DNA of 56,611 nt. Origin: Gemmatimonadota bacterium. GTDB taxonomy: Bacteria > Latescibacterota > UBA2968 > UBA8231. Positions 38,781 to 48,824 of the stretch are shown here, one piece after another; within the stretch, counting starts at the first letter, position 1; every line of letters begins with the position of its first letter. The notes below the pieces were generated by a model. The model was not told the DNA's origin, did no database searches, and was given only the letters and a program-made list of their open reading frames with translations. A program made the translations under genes and the position numbers. Where the stretch lies: NCBI GenBank assembly GCA_038153405.1, contig JAYOYH010000029.1, positions 1 to 56,611 on the forward strand, written 5' to 3'.

Positions 38781-39851
38781 ATGCACACGCTCGACTGGTA
38801 TATCATCCGCCGCTTGGTGCTCTGCCTGGCACTGGCCGTCGTCAGCCTTATTCTCATTTCAGCCATTATCGACCTGACGGAAAATATCGACACCTTTATC
38901 GACTTCGATGCACAGCCGCGCCACATTGCCCTCTACTATCTATACCGCCTGCCCTATTGGACCATTCTCACACTACCCATTGCCGCCCTGCTCGGTTCGC
39001 TCTTTGCCTTGACTAGCTTTGCCCGCCACAACGAGATCGCTGCGATGAAGGCCCTAGGCATCAGCTTGGCGCGCATTCTCCTGCCCACGATGCTCTGCGC
39101 GCTCTGCATCAGCGCAATCGCTTTCCTCTTTACCGACTTTGTCGTTCCGCGCGCCACGCTGCGACACAACGAGATCGATAGCGAAATGCGCTCACAGCAG
39201 CGCAGTGACGGCTCCCGCCGCCAGGTCCTCTTGCAGGATAGGGGAGGCCAACTGATCTTTGCGCGCAGCTATGACGCGGGCCAGCAGCGCGCAGATGAAG
39301 TATCCTGGGAGCGCCTACAAGAAGGCGTTCCTCGCGAGCGCATTATCGCCCGCTACATCCTGTGGCACAGCGAGCGCTGGGTGGCCTTTGACGGTCGACT
39401 CTACCAATTTGCCGAAGGTGGACAGACGGAAACTGCCTTTGATTCGCTCGCCCTGAACGACCTGCAACTACAGCCGCTTGACTTTGCGCGCCAGCACAAG
39501 GACCCCGAAGAAATGAACTACGCCGAATTGGAGTCCTTTATCGAGCGCGCCGCAGAGCGAGGCGAAGACGTCGCGCGCCAGCGCGTCGATCTCCACCTCA
39601 AGATTGCCTTTCCGCTGACCTGCTTTATCATCATCGCCCTCGGCGCCACGCTCGGCGCCAACGCGCGACGCACCGGCATGGCCAATAGCTTTGGCCTCGG
39701 CGTGCTCGTATGCTTCGCCTATTACAGCAGCCTAAAGGCGGGACAGGCTCTGGGGTGGAATGAGGTGATCGCGCCGTGGCTCGGCGCATGGATTGCCAAC
39801 ATCTTCTTTGCCCTGCTCGCCTTCGTGCTCATCTGGCGCGCCCACAAATAG
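38781..39851 (+). CDS. lptG: LPS export ABC permease LptG
   Basis: LDWYI, HNEIAAMKALG, PEEM, KIAFP, LGAWIAN; tandem with lptF. Confidence 0.85.
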   Translation: MHTLDWYIIRRLVLCLALAVVSLILISAIIDLTENIDTFIDFDAQPRHIALYYLYRLPYWTILTLPIAALLGSLFALTSFARHNEIAAMKALGISLARILLPTMLCALCISAIAFLFTDFVVPRATLRHNEIDSEMRSQQRSDGSRRQVLLQDRGGQLIFARSYDAGQQRADEVSWERLQEGVPRERIIARYILWHSERWVAFDGRLYQFAEGGQTETAFDSLALNDLQLQPLDFARQHKDPEEMNYAELESFIERAAERGEDVARQRVDLHLKIAFPLTCFIIIALGATLGANARRTGMANSFGLGVLVCFAYYSSLKAGQALGWNEVIAPWLGAWIANIFFALLAFVLIWRAHK

Positions 39852-39902
39852 AAACGGCCGTGCGGGGCGCTACGGACGGCCGCGGGAGATAGCATGCCCA
39901 GC

Positions 39903-40979
39903 TCATCTAATTACTTGCTCGAGATTGTAAATATTGATTTTTATATCGGCTGAAAGACTCTTCCACTGCTCCAACAACGAATGCACCTTATTGACCGCAG
40001 CGCCATCCAAACGAGCGCTTAGGTCGACGAGCGACTGGGCCAGGCGCGCGACTTTGTCCTCGGAAGCACCAAAGGTTAGGCGTTCGAGGTGCCCAACCAA
40101 ATCGGCGCCCGCATCGGCATCGGCGCGGCGCACGGCATCGCGTAACATCGCGCTGTGACGACGCGCAAACGCCTCGTCGTCGCCGCTGCGACTGAGCAAA
40201 TGGCGCAGCAGTTCGCAGCCAGGCCTTTCCACCAGCACGCTCGTCACTAGGCGCACCAGGCGCTGCCAAAGGCGCGCACCTTCGGCATCACCCAGCGCCC
40301 ACGACGCCGGCTGGCGGGTGTCCAGGAAGAGTTCAAAGAGGGACATTTGTGGCAACGAGGCGAAGAGGCAGCGCAATGCCTCCTCACTCCACGACCCCTC
40401 GACGAGCAGGTCGACCAGATAGCGCACTAAAGAGGGGTGTATCTGGTGTAGCTTGTGGAGCAAAATGCGCTCCACTTCTGGCCGAATACCTGCGCGAAGG
40501 CCGGCCAGAATGGGAGAGAGTGTGCGGCGGCTAACCGGCGTTGCTAACGCCGCTTCGCGCGCCACCGCGGGATCGCTATGCGCGATGAATTCGGCCGCTT
40601 CATCGCGCTGGCGCAGCCCCCAAACCAGCGCGGCTACGACCGCTGAATCGGTACAGCTGCGCGCTAGGGCCACGTGCTGGCGCACGCCCGCCGCTGCGTC
40701 CAACCACGGCCGGTGGTGCCCCAGCGCCTGCGCTGCGAGCAGAGATCTGACCTCACCCGCGCCGACTGCCTCGCGCAGCAGGGCGATACCCTCATCGCTC
40801 GGCACACAGAGGCGCAGTTGCGCAACCAGGCGGGCTTGGCTGGCCGGGTCGCTGGCGGCGGCACATTCTACGAGCCAGTCCATTAGACCTGGCGTTTGTT
40901 CGTGCACCGCAGAGAGCATGTCTTCGCCGCTGTCTCGCCCGGCCAGTTCGTCGCGCAGATGGCGAATGTCCATTACCAT
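39903..40979 (-). CDS. All-helical (HEAT-like) hypothetical protein
   Basis: GAGG RBS; Leu/Ala-rich helices, HSDPAVAREAA. Confidence 0.65.
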   Translation of the reverse strand: MVMDIRHLRDELAGRDSGEDMLSAVHEQTPGLMDWLVECAAASDPASQARLVAQLRLCVPSDEGIALLREAVGAGEVRSLLAAQALGHHRPWLDAAAGVRQHVALARSCTDSAVVAALVWGLRQRDEAAEFIAHSDPAVAREAALATPVSRRTLSPILAGLRAGIRPEVERILLHKLHQIHPSLVRYLVDLLVEGSWSEEALRCLFASLPQMSLFELFLDTRQPASWALGDAEGARLWQRLVRLVTSVLVERPGCELLRHLLSRSGDDEAFARRHSAMLRDAVRRADADAGADLVGHLERLTFGASEDKVARLAQSLVDLSARLDGAAVNKVHSLLEQWKSLSADIKINIYNLEQVIR

Positions 40980-40991
40980 GGCAACACCTCG

Positions 40992-41825
40992 CTAAGAGAC
41001 GGAGTTCCCGTCTGGTGGATCGTCCAACATGAACAGCGCCAAGCAGGCATTGATGCGTTCAATTGCCGCGCGTGCCACGCCCAAGTCCGATTTTTTTGGC
41101 TTTTCTAGAAAGGATTGCAAAAACCCGGCGGGACCGGCGACCTCATTGCGCAGTTGGGCAAAGAGTTCCTCTTGGATTTGCACCTGAGCCCGCGACACTT
41201 CCCACCCCATATCCGCCGCCATGACCGTGGCCAAGACGCCATCAAAGGCTTCTGTGCTATACGAGCGCAGCTGCACCCGCACGTTTTTTTCAACGTCGAT
41301 AATTACCGGCTTGCCGCCGACCTCGACGCGCAGATCGCCTCCCACCCGCTCGGCAATTTGCGCCGCGTTCAGCCCATCGGCAGATAGACCCAACGAGCGG
41401 CAAAAAGCCTCATTGGCCAGCGCAAAGTCCTCGTCGCAGTCGAGCAGAGCGACGCCACAGGGCAGGATGTCCAACAGCGGAGCCAACGCCAACCCTGGAT
41501 GATCGACGGCAACTTCGTCGTGCACTTCGGCCGACTGCGGCTCGGCGACGTCGCCATCAGGAGTTGAATCGATGGCCTGCGCATCCAGCATGTGGCCGCG
41601 CCGTCCGGCGCTTTGCAACAGCCCGGCATCGCGCATTTCGGCCAATACCGGCGCCAGCACTTCACGCGACAAGTCCGTGCGCAGCGCGAGTGCGTGCACA
41701 TCGTCGTCGAGGAATGGATTTTTCAGGTACTCGCCGAGAACGGACCTGTGCGCTTCCGACCGCGATGCGTCTAACTGCGACAGCAGCGCCTCGGCCTGAG
41801 TAAAAGCAAAACGATCAGCACCCAT
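40992..41825 (-). CDS. wHTH-PAS-degenerate HisKA protein without an ATPase domain
   Basis: LALRTDLSREVL…LAEMRDAGLL (wHTH); LDILPCGVALLD…ANEAFCRSLG (PAS); LRNEVAGP (H-box-like, no His). Confidence 0.6.
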   Translation of the reverse strand: MGADRFAFTQAEALLSQLDASRSEAHRSVLGEYLKNPFLDDDVHALALRTDLSREVLAPVLAEMRDAGLLQSAGRRGHMLDAQAIDSTPDGDVAEPQSAEVHDEVAVDHPGLALAPLLDILPCGVALLDCDEDFALANEAFCRSLGLSADGLNAAQIAERVGGDLRVEVGGKPVIIDVEKNVRVQLRSYSTEAFDGVLATVMAADMGWEVSRAQVQIQEELFAQLRNEVAGPAGFLQSFLEKPKKSDLGVARAAIERINACLALFMLDDPPDGNSVS

Positions 41826-42115
41826 GGACTTTCGCCGCGTTGGTGCCGGGGAGGAGCGGAGTTATACGGGAGGAAAAAGGGGTAATTCCATGATAAATAT
41901 GGCCTTAAGATACGTGCTCGGCCGCGATAACGCAAGGCGTAAAAAGCATGGCCTCTATTTTGCACATATACGCCACATACCAGATCTACAGGTGCGACTA
42001 AGTCGCCTTAACAGCTATAAATCAACAATTTATAAACATCATAGTGCCGATTAGATCGACGGGGCAGCGGCAAATCATTCCCGCCAACGGCACATAGTTT
42101 CGGAGCGCACACCGC

Positions 42116-43150
42116 ATGAACTATACCAACGATAAAAAGTACACGCTCGGCGATGGAGACGAACTCACCGCGCGCGAGAAGGCAGCCATTCTCATGGTAG
42201 CCCTGGGCGAGGACGCCGCCGGCGACATCATGAAATACCTGGCCGACTTCGAAATTGAAGACCTGACGCATATTATCACCGAGCTCAAGAGCCTGCCCAA
42301 CGACGTCCAGGATCGCATATTAGAGGAATTCGAACAGCATCTGCTGGCGGGAGAATGGGTCAACCAAGGCGGCGTCGACTTTGCCCGCGCCGCCCTAGAG
42401 CGCGCCGTCGGTCCGCGCCGCGCCCAAGAGATTCTCAATCGCATTACGGCCAATACGACGGCGGGGTTCTATATGCTAAAGAACGTCTCACCCGAACAGC
42501 TCACGCCGTTTATTTCCCACGAACATCCGCAGACCGTGGCCCTTATCCTCTCTCAGCTCGACCCCGAACAGGCCGCCGGCATTCTGAGCCAATTGCCCGA
42601 GAGCGTGCAGTCCGAGGTGGCCTACCGCATCGCCACACTCGACAACATAACGCCTTCTGTGCTCAAGCAAATCGAAGAGAGTTTGGAGACCAACCTCAAA
42701 GACATCCTCGGCGGACACAAGGACGTGGGCGGCCCCAAGGTCGTAGCCGACATGCTCAACTTGACGGGCAGCAGCGTCGAGAAACACATCCTCGAACGGC
42801 TCGACGCACAGGACCCCGAGGTGGCAGAGCACGTGCGCAACATGATGTTCGTTTTTGAAGACATCCACATTCTAACGGATCGCGAAATTCAAATCATCCT
42901 GCGCGAAGTCGAACAGCGCGACCTAGTCATCGCCCTTAAGACAGCCAGCGAAGAAGTCAAAAACAAAATACTGGACAATATGTCCGAGCGCGTGCGCGCC
43001 TTTGTCGAAGAGGAGATGGAGTTCCTCGGCCCCATGCGCTTGAGCGAGGTTGAAGGCATTCAGTTGCGCATCGTGCAGAAAATCCGACAGCTCGAAGAGC
43101 AGGGACAAATTACCATCGTGCGCGCCGCCGCAGACGATACGTTCGTATAG
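42116..43150 (+). CDS. fliG: Flagellar motor switch protein FliG
   Basis: KAAILM, EHPQ, GG linker, MFVFED, charged helix MSERVRAFVEEEMEFLGP. Confidence 0.95.
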   Translation: MNYTNDKKYTLGDGDELTAREKAAILMVALGEDAAGDIMKYLADFEIEDLTHIITELKSLPNDVQDRILEEFEQHLLAGEWVNQGGVDFARAALERAVGPRRAQEILNRITANTTAGFYMLKNVSPEQLTPFISHEHPQTVALILSQLDPEQAAGILSQLPESVQSEVAYRIATLDNITPSVLKQIEESLETNLKDILGGHKDVGGPKVVADMLNLTGSSVEKHILERLDAQDPEVAEHVRNMMFVFEDIHILTDREIQIILREVEQRDLVIALKTASEEVKNKILDNMSERVRAFVEEEMEFLGPMRLSEVEGIQLRIVQKIRQLEEQGQITIVRAAADDTFV

Positions 43151-43161
43151 CGAACGCGCCC

Positions 43162-43578
43162 CTACTCCACCGTCTCTACCAGCAGGGAAAATAGATCTTC
43201 GGTCACGGCTAAATAGGCGCGCAGTTCGACGTCTCCATCTACTTCTACCGAAGCCTTGCGCCGCACGCGCGGACCGACGTCCGCTGGCACCTGCAGCACG
43301 ACATCCAATTCGAGGGCGAGACCTGCCTGCAGCGCCCCATCCGATACCGCGCTGCGCGTCCCGGCGGCCACCTGCGTGCGCACTACCTGCAAACGGCCGC
43401 GCGCATCGGTGTGTACATAGGCCACCTCTATGGCGTAGGGCGCTTCGTTGCGCAGGTAAACTGCGCCATCGGTCGCCTCCCTCTCTATCGCATCGTCGCC
43501 GGGTTCGGCGGCAACGGGTTCGGCCCGCTCTCCCCCACAGCCGCACAGCAGCAGCCCGACGACCAGCAGCGCTCTCAT
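43162..43578 (-). CDS. Putative lipoprotein
   Basis: MRALLVVGLLLCGC lipobox; ATGA overlap with the selA stop. Confidence 0.75.
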   Translation of the reverse strand: MRALLVVGLLLCGCGGERAEPVAAEPGDDAIEREATDGAVYLRNEAPYAIEVAYVHTDARGRLQVVRTQVAAGTRSAVSDGALQAGLALELDVVLQVPADVGPRVRRKASVEVDGDVELRAYLAVTEDLFSLLVETVE

Positions 43579-44969
43579 GTCAGTGCCTGGCGCAGCGCGT
43601 TGACCATCGCGGCGACTTCGTCCTCGGCCACCGCGCGCATATCCAATAGCAACCGCGCGCGCTCGATGCGCCCAACGACGGCCACATCGGCGGTGCGCAA
43701 CCTGCGCGCTAGATCCTCTACGCCACCGCTGACCAGCGCCAGTGCCACCGCATAACTGGGCAACTCCTCCAGCGGCAGAGCCCCGCTGCCAGCCTGCGCC
43801 CGCGACGCAACGACTTCGACGCGCAGGGCTGACGCCCATTCCCCTTGCAGGGCCGACGCCAGCGCGTGCGCGCGGCGCGATACCGCTTCGCCCGATTGGC
43901 ACAGCATGCTGAGCACCGGCAGTTCGCGCGCCAGGGCCTCAGGTCTCAGGCGATAGAGCGCCAGCGTCGCCTCGAGCGCGGCATAGGTGAGCTTGTCGCA
44001 GCGCAGGGCGCGCATGAGCGCGTTGGTGCGCATGGCCTCGACCAGCCCGCGTGCGCCGGCGATGATACCGGCCTGCGGACCACCCAGCACTTTATCGCCA
44101 CTAAACGTCACGACATCGGCTCCGCGCGCCAGTTCGTCAACGACCACCGGTTCGGCGGGCAACCCCCACTGGCCGAGGTCTTCCAGCACGCCTCCGCCCA
44201 GATCGTAGACCAGCGGTACGCCGCTGCGCCGCGCCAGTTGGGCCAGGTCTTCTAGCGCGACTTCGGCCGTGAACCCACACACGCGATAGTTGCTCGGATG
44301 GACTACGAGTATGGCACCGGTCTGTTCGTCGATGGCCGCTTCGTAGTCGCGCAAGTGGGTGCGATTGGTCGTGCCGACCTCGCGTATCCGCGCGCCGCTC
44401 GACTCGATGACGTCCGGAATGCGAAAGGAACCGCCAATCTCCACGAGCTGACCGCGCGAGACCAGCACGTTGCGGCCGCGCGCCAGCGCGCTGAGGGCGA
44501 TGAGCACGGCGGCGGCGTTGTTGTTGACCACCGCAACGGCCTCGGCCCTGCACAGCGCGCAGAGCATCGCTTCGACGTGCGCCGTGCGCTCGCCGCGCTG
44601 ACCGCTGGGCAGATCGAGCTCGACGTTGGCATAGTGAGCCGCCGTCTGCAGCGCCTGCCGAGCAGCAGCGGCCAGCGGTGCGCGCCCCAGTCCGGTGTGC
44701 AGCACCACGCCCGTCGCGTTGATGACGCGCCGCACGCTCGGCCTTTCCCAAGCGCGACAGCGAGCGACAACGTCAGCACAAATACCGTCCAATAGCAGCG
44801 CGCGCGTCGCGGACACCTCCCCGCGCTGCAGCCGGCCGCGCCAGTCTGTGAGCGCACGGCGCACTTCGCACACCAGCACTTCGCGTCGGTAGCGCTGCAA
44901 GAGCGCCGCCACGTCTTCGGCAGCCAAAATCTGATCGACCGCGGGCAGCTGTCGCAGGAGTTCACTCAT
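43575..44969 (-). CDS. selA: L-seryl-tRNA(Sec) selenium transferase
   Basis: INATGVVLHT.LGRA, NNNAAA, SRGQLVEIGGSFRIP, EVGTTNRT, HPSNY, FSGDKVLGGPQAG. Confidence 0.97.
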   Translation of the reverse strand: MSELLRQLPAVDQILAAEDVAALLQRYRREVLVCEVRRALTDWRGRLQRGEVSATRALLLDGICADVVARCRAWERPSVRRVINATGVVLHTGLGRAPLAAAARQALQTAAHYANVELDLPSGQRGERTAHVEAMLCALCRAEAVAVVNNNAAAVLIALSALARGRNVLVSRGQLVEIGGSFRIPDVIESSGARIREVGTTNRTHLRDYEAAIDEQTGAILVVHPSNYRVCGFTAEVALEDLAQLARRSGVPLVYDLGGGVLEDLGQWGLPAEPVVVDELARGADVVTFSGDKVLGGPQAGIIAGARGLVEAMRTNALMRALRCDKLTYAALEATLALYRLRPEALARELPVLSMLCQSGEAVSRRAHALASALQGEWASALRVEVVASRAQAGSGALPLEELPSYAVALALVSGGVEDLARRLRTADVAVVGRIERARLLLDMRAVAEDEVAAMVNALRQALT

Positions 44970-45111
44970 GGGTCCAAAACTATATTTGACTGCATCCCAG
45001 AGCAAGCTTATTCCCGTTCGCTCTTTGCACTATCGCCAGTAAAATACTATACTTACGTAACCCCATGTAGTTATTTATGACCCCCCCTTTAAAACCGCAG
45101 TAATACCGCGT

Positions 45112-47223
45112 ATGGTGCGCCCTATTTACCTGTTCGCGCTGCTGTGTCTGCCCGTCGCGGCTGCAGCGTTAACCGAGGCCAAGGCCGTTGTGCACGTAGT
45201 CCGCTCTGGCGATACCCTGTCGGAAATCGCCGCGCGCTATGGCCTGCGCATCGACCAAATATCGACCTGGAACGATCTCGACCGCGATCGCATCTACGCC
45301 GGGCAACACCTGAACCTATGGCGCAGTGGCGACTGGTACCGGGTGCGTTCGGGCGACACCCTATCGAAAATTGCCGAGCGCTTTGCACGGTCCCAAGAGG
45401 AGCTGCGCGCCCTTAATTCGCTCAAAAACGACCGCATTCGCAGCGGCCAAAAGCTGTATCTGCGCGCGACAGCGGCACCGGTTGCAAGCGCCGATTCCCG
45501 TGGAACCTACCTCGTTCGCTCCGGCGATAACCTATCGCGCATCGCCCAAAAGCACGGCGTGCGCGTGGCCGATCTCAGGCGTTGGAACAACCTGCGCAGC
45601 GACGCCATACGGCCGGGACAAAAGCTGAGCCTTCAGGCGCCGCCCGCCGCCTCCGGCCCGGACGAGGAGGTGACCACATACACCGTGCGGCGCGGTGATA
45701 CGCTTTCCGAAATTGCCGTGCGCTTTGATATCGCCCTCGACCTGCTGCAGCGCATCAACGACCTGACGAGCGACGCCATACGACCGGGACAAAAGCTGAG
45801 CCTGCGCCCAACGCAGCTGCACGAGGCCGTACACGTCGTGCAATCCGGCGAGACGCTGTCGGAAATTGCCCAGCGCTACCGCCTTGGGCTGCCGGTGTTA
45901 CAGCGCATCAACGGCCTTGACGGCGACCGCATTTATCCGGGCCAGAAGCTGCACCTGCGCCAAGCATCCAGCGCCGTCCACATCGTCGAGCGCGGCGACG
46001 CGCTGTGGGAGATCGCCCGCGCCTACGGCATGAGCGTGGCGCAGATAAAAGAGCGCAACGGACTGCGCAGCGACCGCATCTACCCCGGACAGGAGCTTCA
46101 GCTCAGCGGTGCGACCCCTCCCCAGTACGCCATCTATACGGTGCGCCCCGGCGACTACCTAGGTGAAATTGCCCGCCTGCATCAAATGAGTCTATCCGAG
46201 CTGCGCACGCTCAACAAATTAGAGGGGAGCGTAATCCATCCCGGCGACGAGCTGACCGTTCGGCCACTGCGCTGGCTTGAAATTTCCGAGATTGACTGGG
46301 ATGCGCTAACGCTGGACCACCCTCGCATCTTTGACGTGGCCAACGGACCCTACTACGGCACGCGCCCCAAAGCACACAGTCAGCAGAGCAAAAGCTACTA
46401 CGAGAACCATCCGCATTCGCCGCTCAGCGTCTACCGCACGGCCGACAAGCTCTGGCAGCAGTTCGAGCGCAAGGTCGAGAGCTTGGGTCGCCTCAGCAAC
46501 GACCTCGAAGGCTGGCACGTCGTTCTCGATCCCGGACACGGCGGACTCGATCCCGGCGCCATCGTGCAAACCACTGACGGCAACGGCGACAAACTCTATG
46601 TGGCCGAAGACGAGTACGTCTACGACATCGCCCTGCGCACTTACGTCTTGCTCCGCCTGCACGGGGCCAACGCAACCATGACGCTGCTCAGCCCCAACCA
46701 TCTCATTCGCCATAACGAACCGCCGTCGGCCACCTTTGTAAATGAGAAGAACGAAGTCTACAATTCGCTAGACCACAACCGCAGCAATCGCGTGCGCGAC
46801 TGGCCGCGCGGCGGCAACCTCTCTACGCGCGTGAATATAGCGCGCAAGGCCTTTGCCAATGCGCCGCGCGGCCGGCGCATCTTCCTATCCTTTCACGCCG
46901 ACATCGATCACAACGCGCCCGAAGCGCCTCTTGTTCTGTATTACGAGGGGCGCACGCGCCCGTACCGCGACGAGACCTCTCGGCGCTTTGCCCAAAGCCT
47001 GCTCAGTTCGCTCGGCGCCGGTGCACGCACGCGCGGCCAGGGGTTGGGCGTGCTGCGCAACAACCCGGCTGACGTCAAAGTACTCATCGAAATGCGCAAT
47101 ATGGCCTATCGCGACCACGTCTGGGCGCTGCGCTTCGAGCAGCTGCGCCACCGCGATGCCGAAAAGGTTGTGCGCGGCCTTTTAAACTACGCGCGCAGCA
47201 AGGGACTGAGCGCGGGCCGCTGA
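45112..47223 (+). CDS. Secreted 7xLysM + N-acetylmuramoyl-L-alanine amidase (Amidase_3)
   Basis: Signal peptide, seven V..GD/ETL..IA repeats, LDPGHGG, E, FLSFHAD, VLIEM. Confidence 0.9.
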   Translation: MVRPIYLFALLCLPVAAAALTEAKAVVHVVRSGDTLSEIAARYGLRIDQISTWNDLDRDRIYAGQHLNLWRSGDWYRVRSGDTLSKIAERFARSQEELRALNSLKNDRIRSGQKLYLRATAAPVASADSRGTYLVRSGDNLSRIAQKHGVRVADLRRWNNLRSDAIRPGQKLSLQAPPAASGPDEEVTTYTVRRGDTLSEIAVRFDIALDLLQRINDLTSDAIRPGQKLSLRPTQLHEAVHVVQSGETLSEIAQRYRLGLPVLQRINGLDGDRIYPGQKLHLRQASSAVHIVERGDALWEIARAYGMSVAQIKERNGLRSDRIYPGQELQLSGATPPQYAIYTVRPGDYLGEIARLHQMSLSELRTLNKLEGSVIHPGDELTVRPLRWLEISEIDWDALTLDHPRIFDVANGPYYGTRPKAHSQQSKSYYENHPHSPLSVYRTADKLWQQFERKVESLGRLSNDLEGWHVVLDPGHGGLDPGAIVQTTDGNGDKLYVAEDEYVYDIALRTYVLLRLHGANATMTLLSPNHLIRHNEPPSATFVNEKNEVYNSLDHNRSNRVRDWPRGGNLSTRVNIARKAFANAPRGRRIFLSFHADIDHNAPEAPLVLYYEGRTRPYRDETSRRFAQSLLSSLGAGARTRGQGLGVLRNNPADVKVLIEMRNMAYRDHVWALRFEQLRHRDAEKVVRGLLNYARSKGLSAGR

Positions 47224-47237
47224 GCTAGCGCCAACGC

Positions 47238-47274
47238 AAAAGCCCCCCGGAGATCGGATCTCCGAGGGGCTTTT
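47238..47274. terminator. Bidirectional intrinsic terminator
   Basis: AAAAGCCCCCCGGAGATC-g-GATCTCCGAGGGGCTTTT between convergent genes. Confidence 0.85.
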
Positions 47275-47290
47275 CTTCGCTCTATTTTCT

Positions 47291-47557
47291 TTAAAACGGC
47301 TTCTCGTCTACCAAGCGTCTGGCAGCGCGCCGCACAACTTCCGGCTCAATACCGGCCAGTTCGCACCAGGGATCGATGCGCCGACTTTCAACAAAAGAAA
47401 TCTCGGGCAATTCCTCATCGACTTCATCGACTCCATCCGTTTTGGAAATTTCGCGCAAGGTGCTGAGAATCATAGCGTTGGCCAAACGCCTATAGGCCAT
47501 TGCAACACGTTCTGATTGAGCGGCATCTTGATCTGGTCTCGCAGCACTTCCTATCAA
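47291..47557 (-). CDS. Small helical hypothetical protein (88 aa)
   Basis: AGGAGG RBS before a TTG; YRRLANAMIL…WCELAGIEPE.VRR; own promoter and terminator. Confidence 0.7.
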   Translation of the reverse strand: MIGSAARPDQDAAQSERVAMAYRRLANAMILSTLREISKTDGVDEVDEELPEISFVESRRIDPWCELAGIEPEVVRRAARRLVDEKPF

Positions 47558-47700
47558 CGTACCTGCCCTCCTAGTTCTATCCCCAAGTGTGATCGTTGGC
47601 TGTGGCAAAGCGTATCGATCTGTACGATAGAGTAGCCTTTCTCCCTTGAGAAACAGCAAAAGAATGATAATATCACGCCAGACATCGTTTGCATGCCGTT

Positions 47701-47730
47701 AATGTACGCATTTTTACTTGTACTTTTCAA
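47701..47730 (-). promoter_or_regulatory. sigma70 promoter candidate
   Basis: TTGAAA-18 nt-TACATT with an AT-rich upstream region. Confidence 0.45.
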
Positions 47731-47798
47731 AGAAAAAAATGCGCACGGCGAAAAATTTGTAAAATGCCTTTTTAAAAAAAATCACAAGCTATTTTAAA

Positions 47799-48824
47799 TC
47801 AAATACTTGGAATAAAATCACGGCCAATCGCGTGCCGGCGCTCAGATGCTTCGTAGAGTCGGTATACCCACTCTAAGGTCTGCAATGCTTCCGCTCCGAG
47901 CGCGTAGGGCGTCCCGCTGCCATCTACGCCGCGCAAAAAATCGTCCCATTCCAACGCCCACGAAGCGTCTTCGCCGGTAAACGCAGCGATCTCTTCGTCT
48001 GGCGCCCCCCCCTCGGGGCGCCGTCGGCCTATGCGCGCCTGTTCCGGCCCGTACGAGCGTCCAAGCCCCTCGGCAATGGCATAGCCGTCGCGGCCGTAGA
48101 CCTCGAAGCTGAACAGGTTTTTCCACTGGGTCCAGCTCACGTGCAGCGAGGCTACCTGGCCGCCGGCCGTGCGAAACAGCCCGTAGGCATTGTCCTCAAG
48201 GGGCTTCATATCCCAAAAATGGGTCTCCACATATCCGCTCACCTCGGCAAAATCGCCCAATAGCCATTGGGCCAGATCGATCAGGTGCGCGCCCTGGTCG
48301 AGCAGCTCGCCGCCGCCGGCCTTTTCGGGTATGGCGCGCCATTCGCGGTCGTAGCCGGGCCGCCCGCCGTGTCCGTAGCGGCCGCGAATATTCATCAGCG
48401 GGCCCAGTTGCCCGGAGCGGCAGGCGTGGAACACCTTCTGCACGGCGGGATGGTAGCGGTGATTATAGCCGGCTTTGAGCACTTTGCCGGTCGCCGCCGC
48501 CGCCTCTACGGCCAGGCGCGCCTCTGCCGGATGGCGCCCCATCGGCTTTTCGCACAGCACGTGCTTGCCCGCCTGCAAACAGGCCGCACTGATCGAAGCC
48601 AACGCGTCGTGCGTCGTCGCCACAACGACGATATCTAGGTCGGCCGACGCCAGATCCGACCACGATGGGGCCACCTCGGCGCTGCACGCTGCGGCCAGCG
48701 CCGCGGCCGCGCCTTCGTCTAAGTCGTATACCAAGCGCACTTGGCAATCGGCGTGTGCCCGGGCCACCTCCGCGCGCTTGCGTCCAATAAACCCCGCTCC
48801 AACGATACCCACTTTATATGTCAT
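47799..48824 (-). CDS. Gfo/Idh/MocA oxidoreductase
   Basis: GAGFIG, KHVLCEKP, GGGELLDQGAHLID; TGATG coupling to the SDR gene. Confidence 0.92.
   Translation of the reverse strand: MTYKVGIVGAGFIGRKRAEVARAHADCQVRLVYDLDEGAAAALAAACSAEVAPSWSDLASADLDIVVVATTHDALASISAACLQAGKHVLCEKPMGRHPAEARLAVEAAAATGKVLKAGYNHRYHPAVQKVFHACRSGQLGPLMNIRGRYGHGGRPGYDREWRAIPEKAGGGELLDQGAHLIDLAQWLLGDFAEVSGYVETHFWDMKPLEDNAYGLFRTAGGQVASLHVSWTQWKNLFSFEVYGRDGYAIAEGLGRSYGPEQARIGRRRPEGGAPDEEIAAFTGEDASWALEWDDFLRGVDGSGTPYALGAEALQTLEWVYRLYEASERRHAIGRDFIPSI

Noticed and set aside
43579..43902. N-terminal extensions of ORF-track calls (43902, 29503, 48911, 9777, 12314, 23961, 24009)
   Set aside because: They overlap neighbouring genes or promoters; downstream starts have an RBS or stop-start coupling.
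45190..46260. Repeated DNA motifs as a CRISPR or tandem array
   Set aside because: They are degenerate in-frame LysM coding repeats. I saw no repeat-spacer array or cas gene anywhere in the window.
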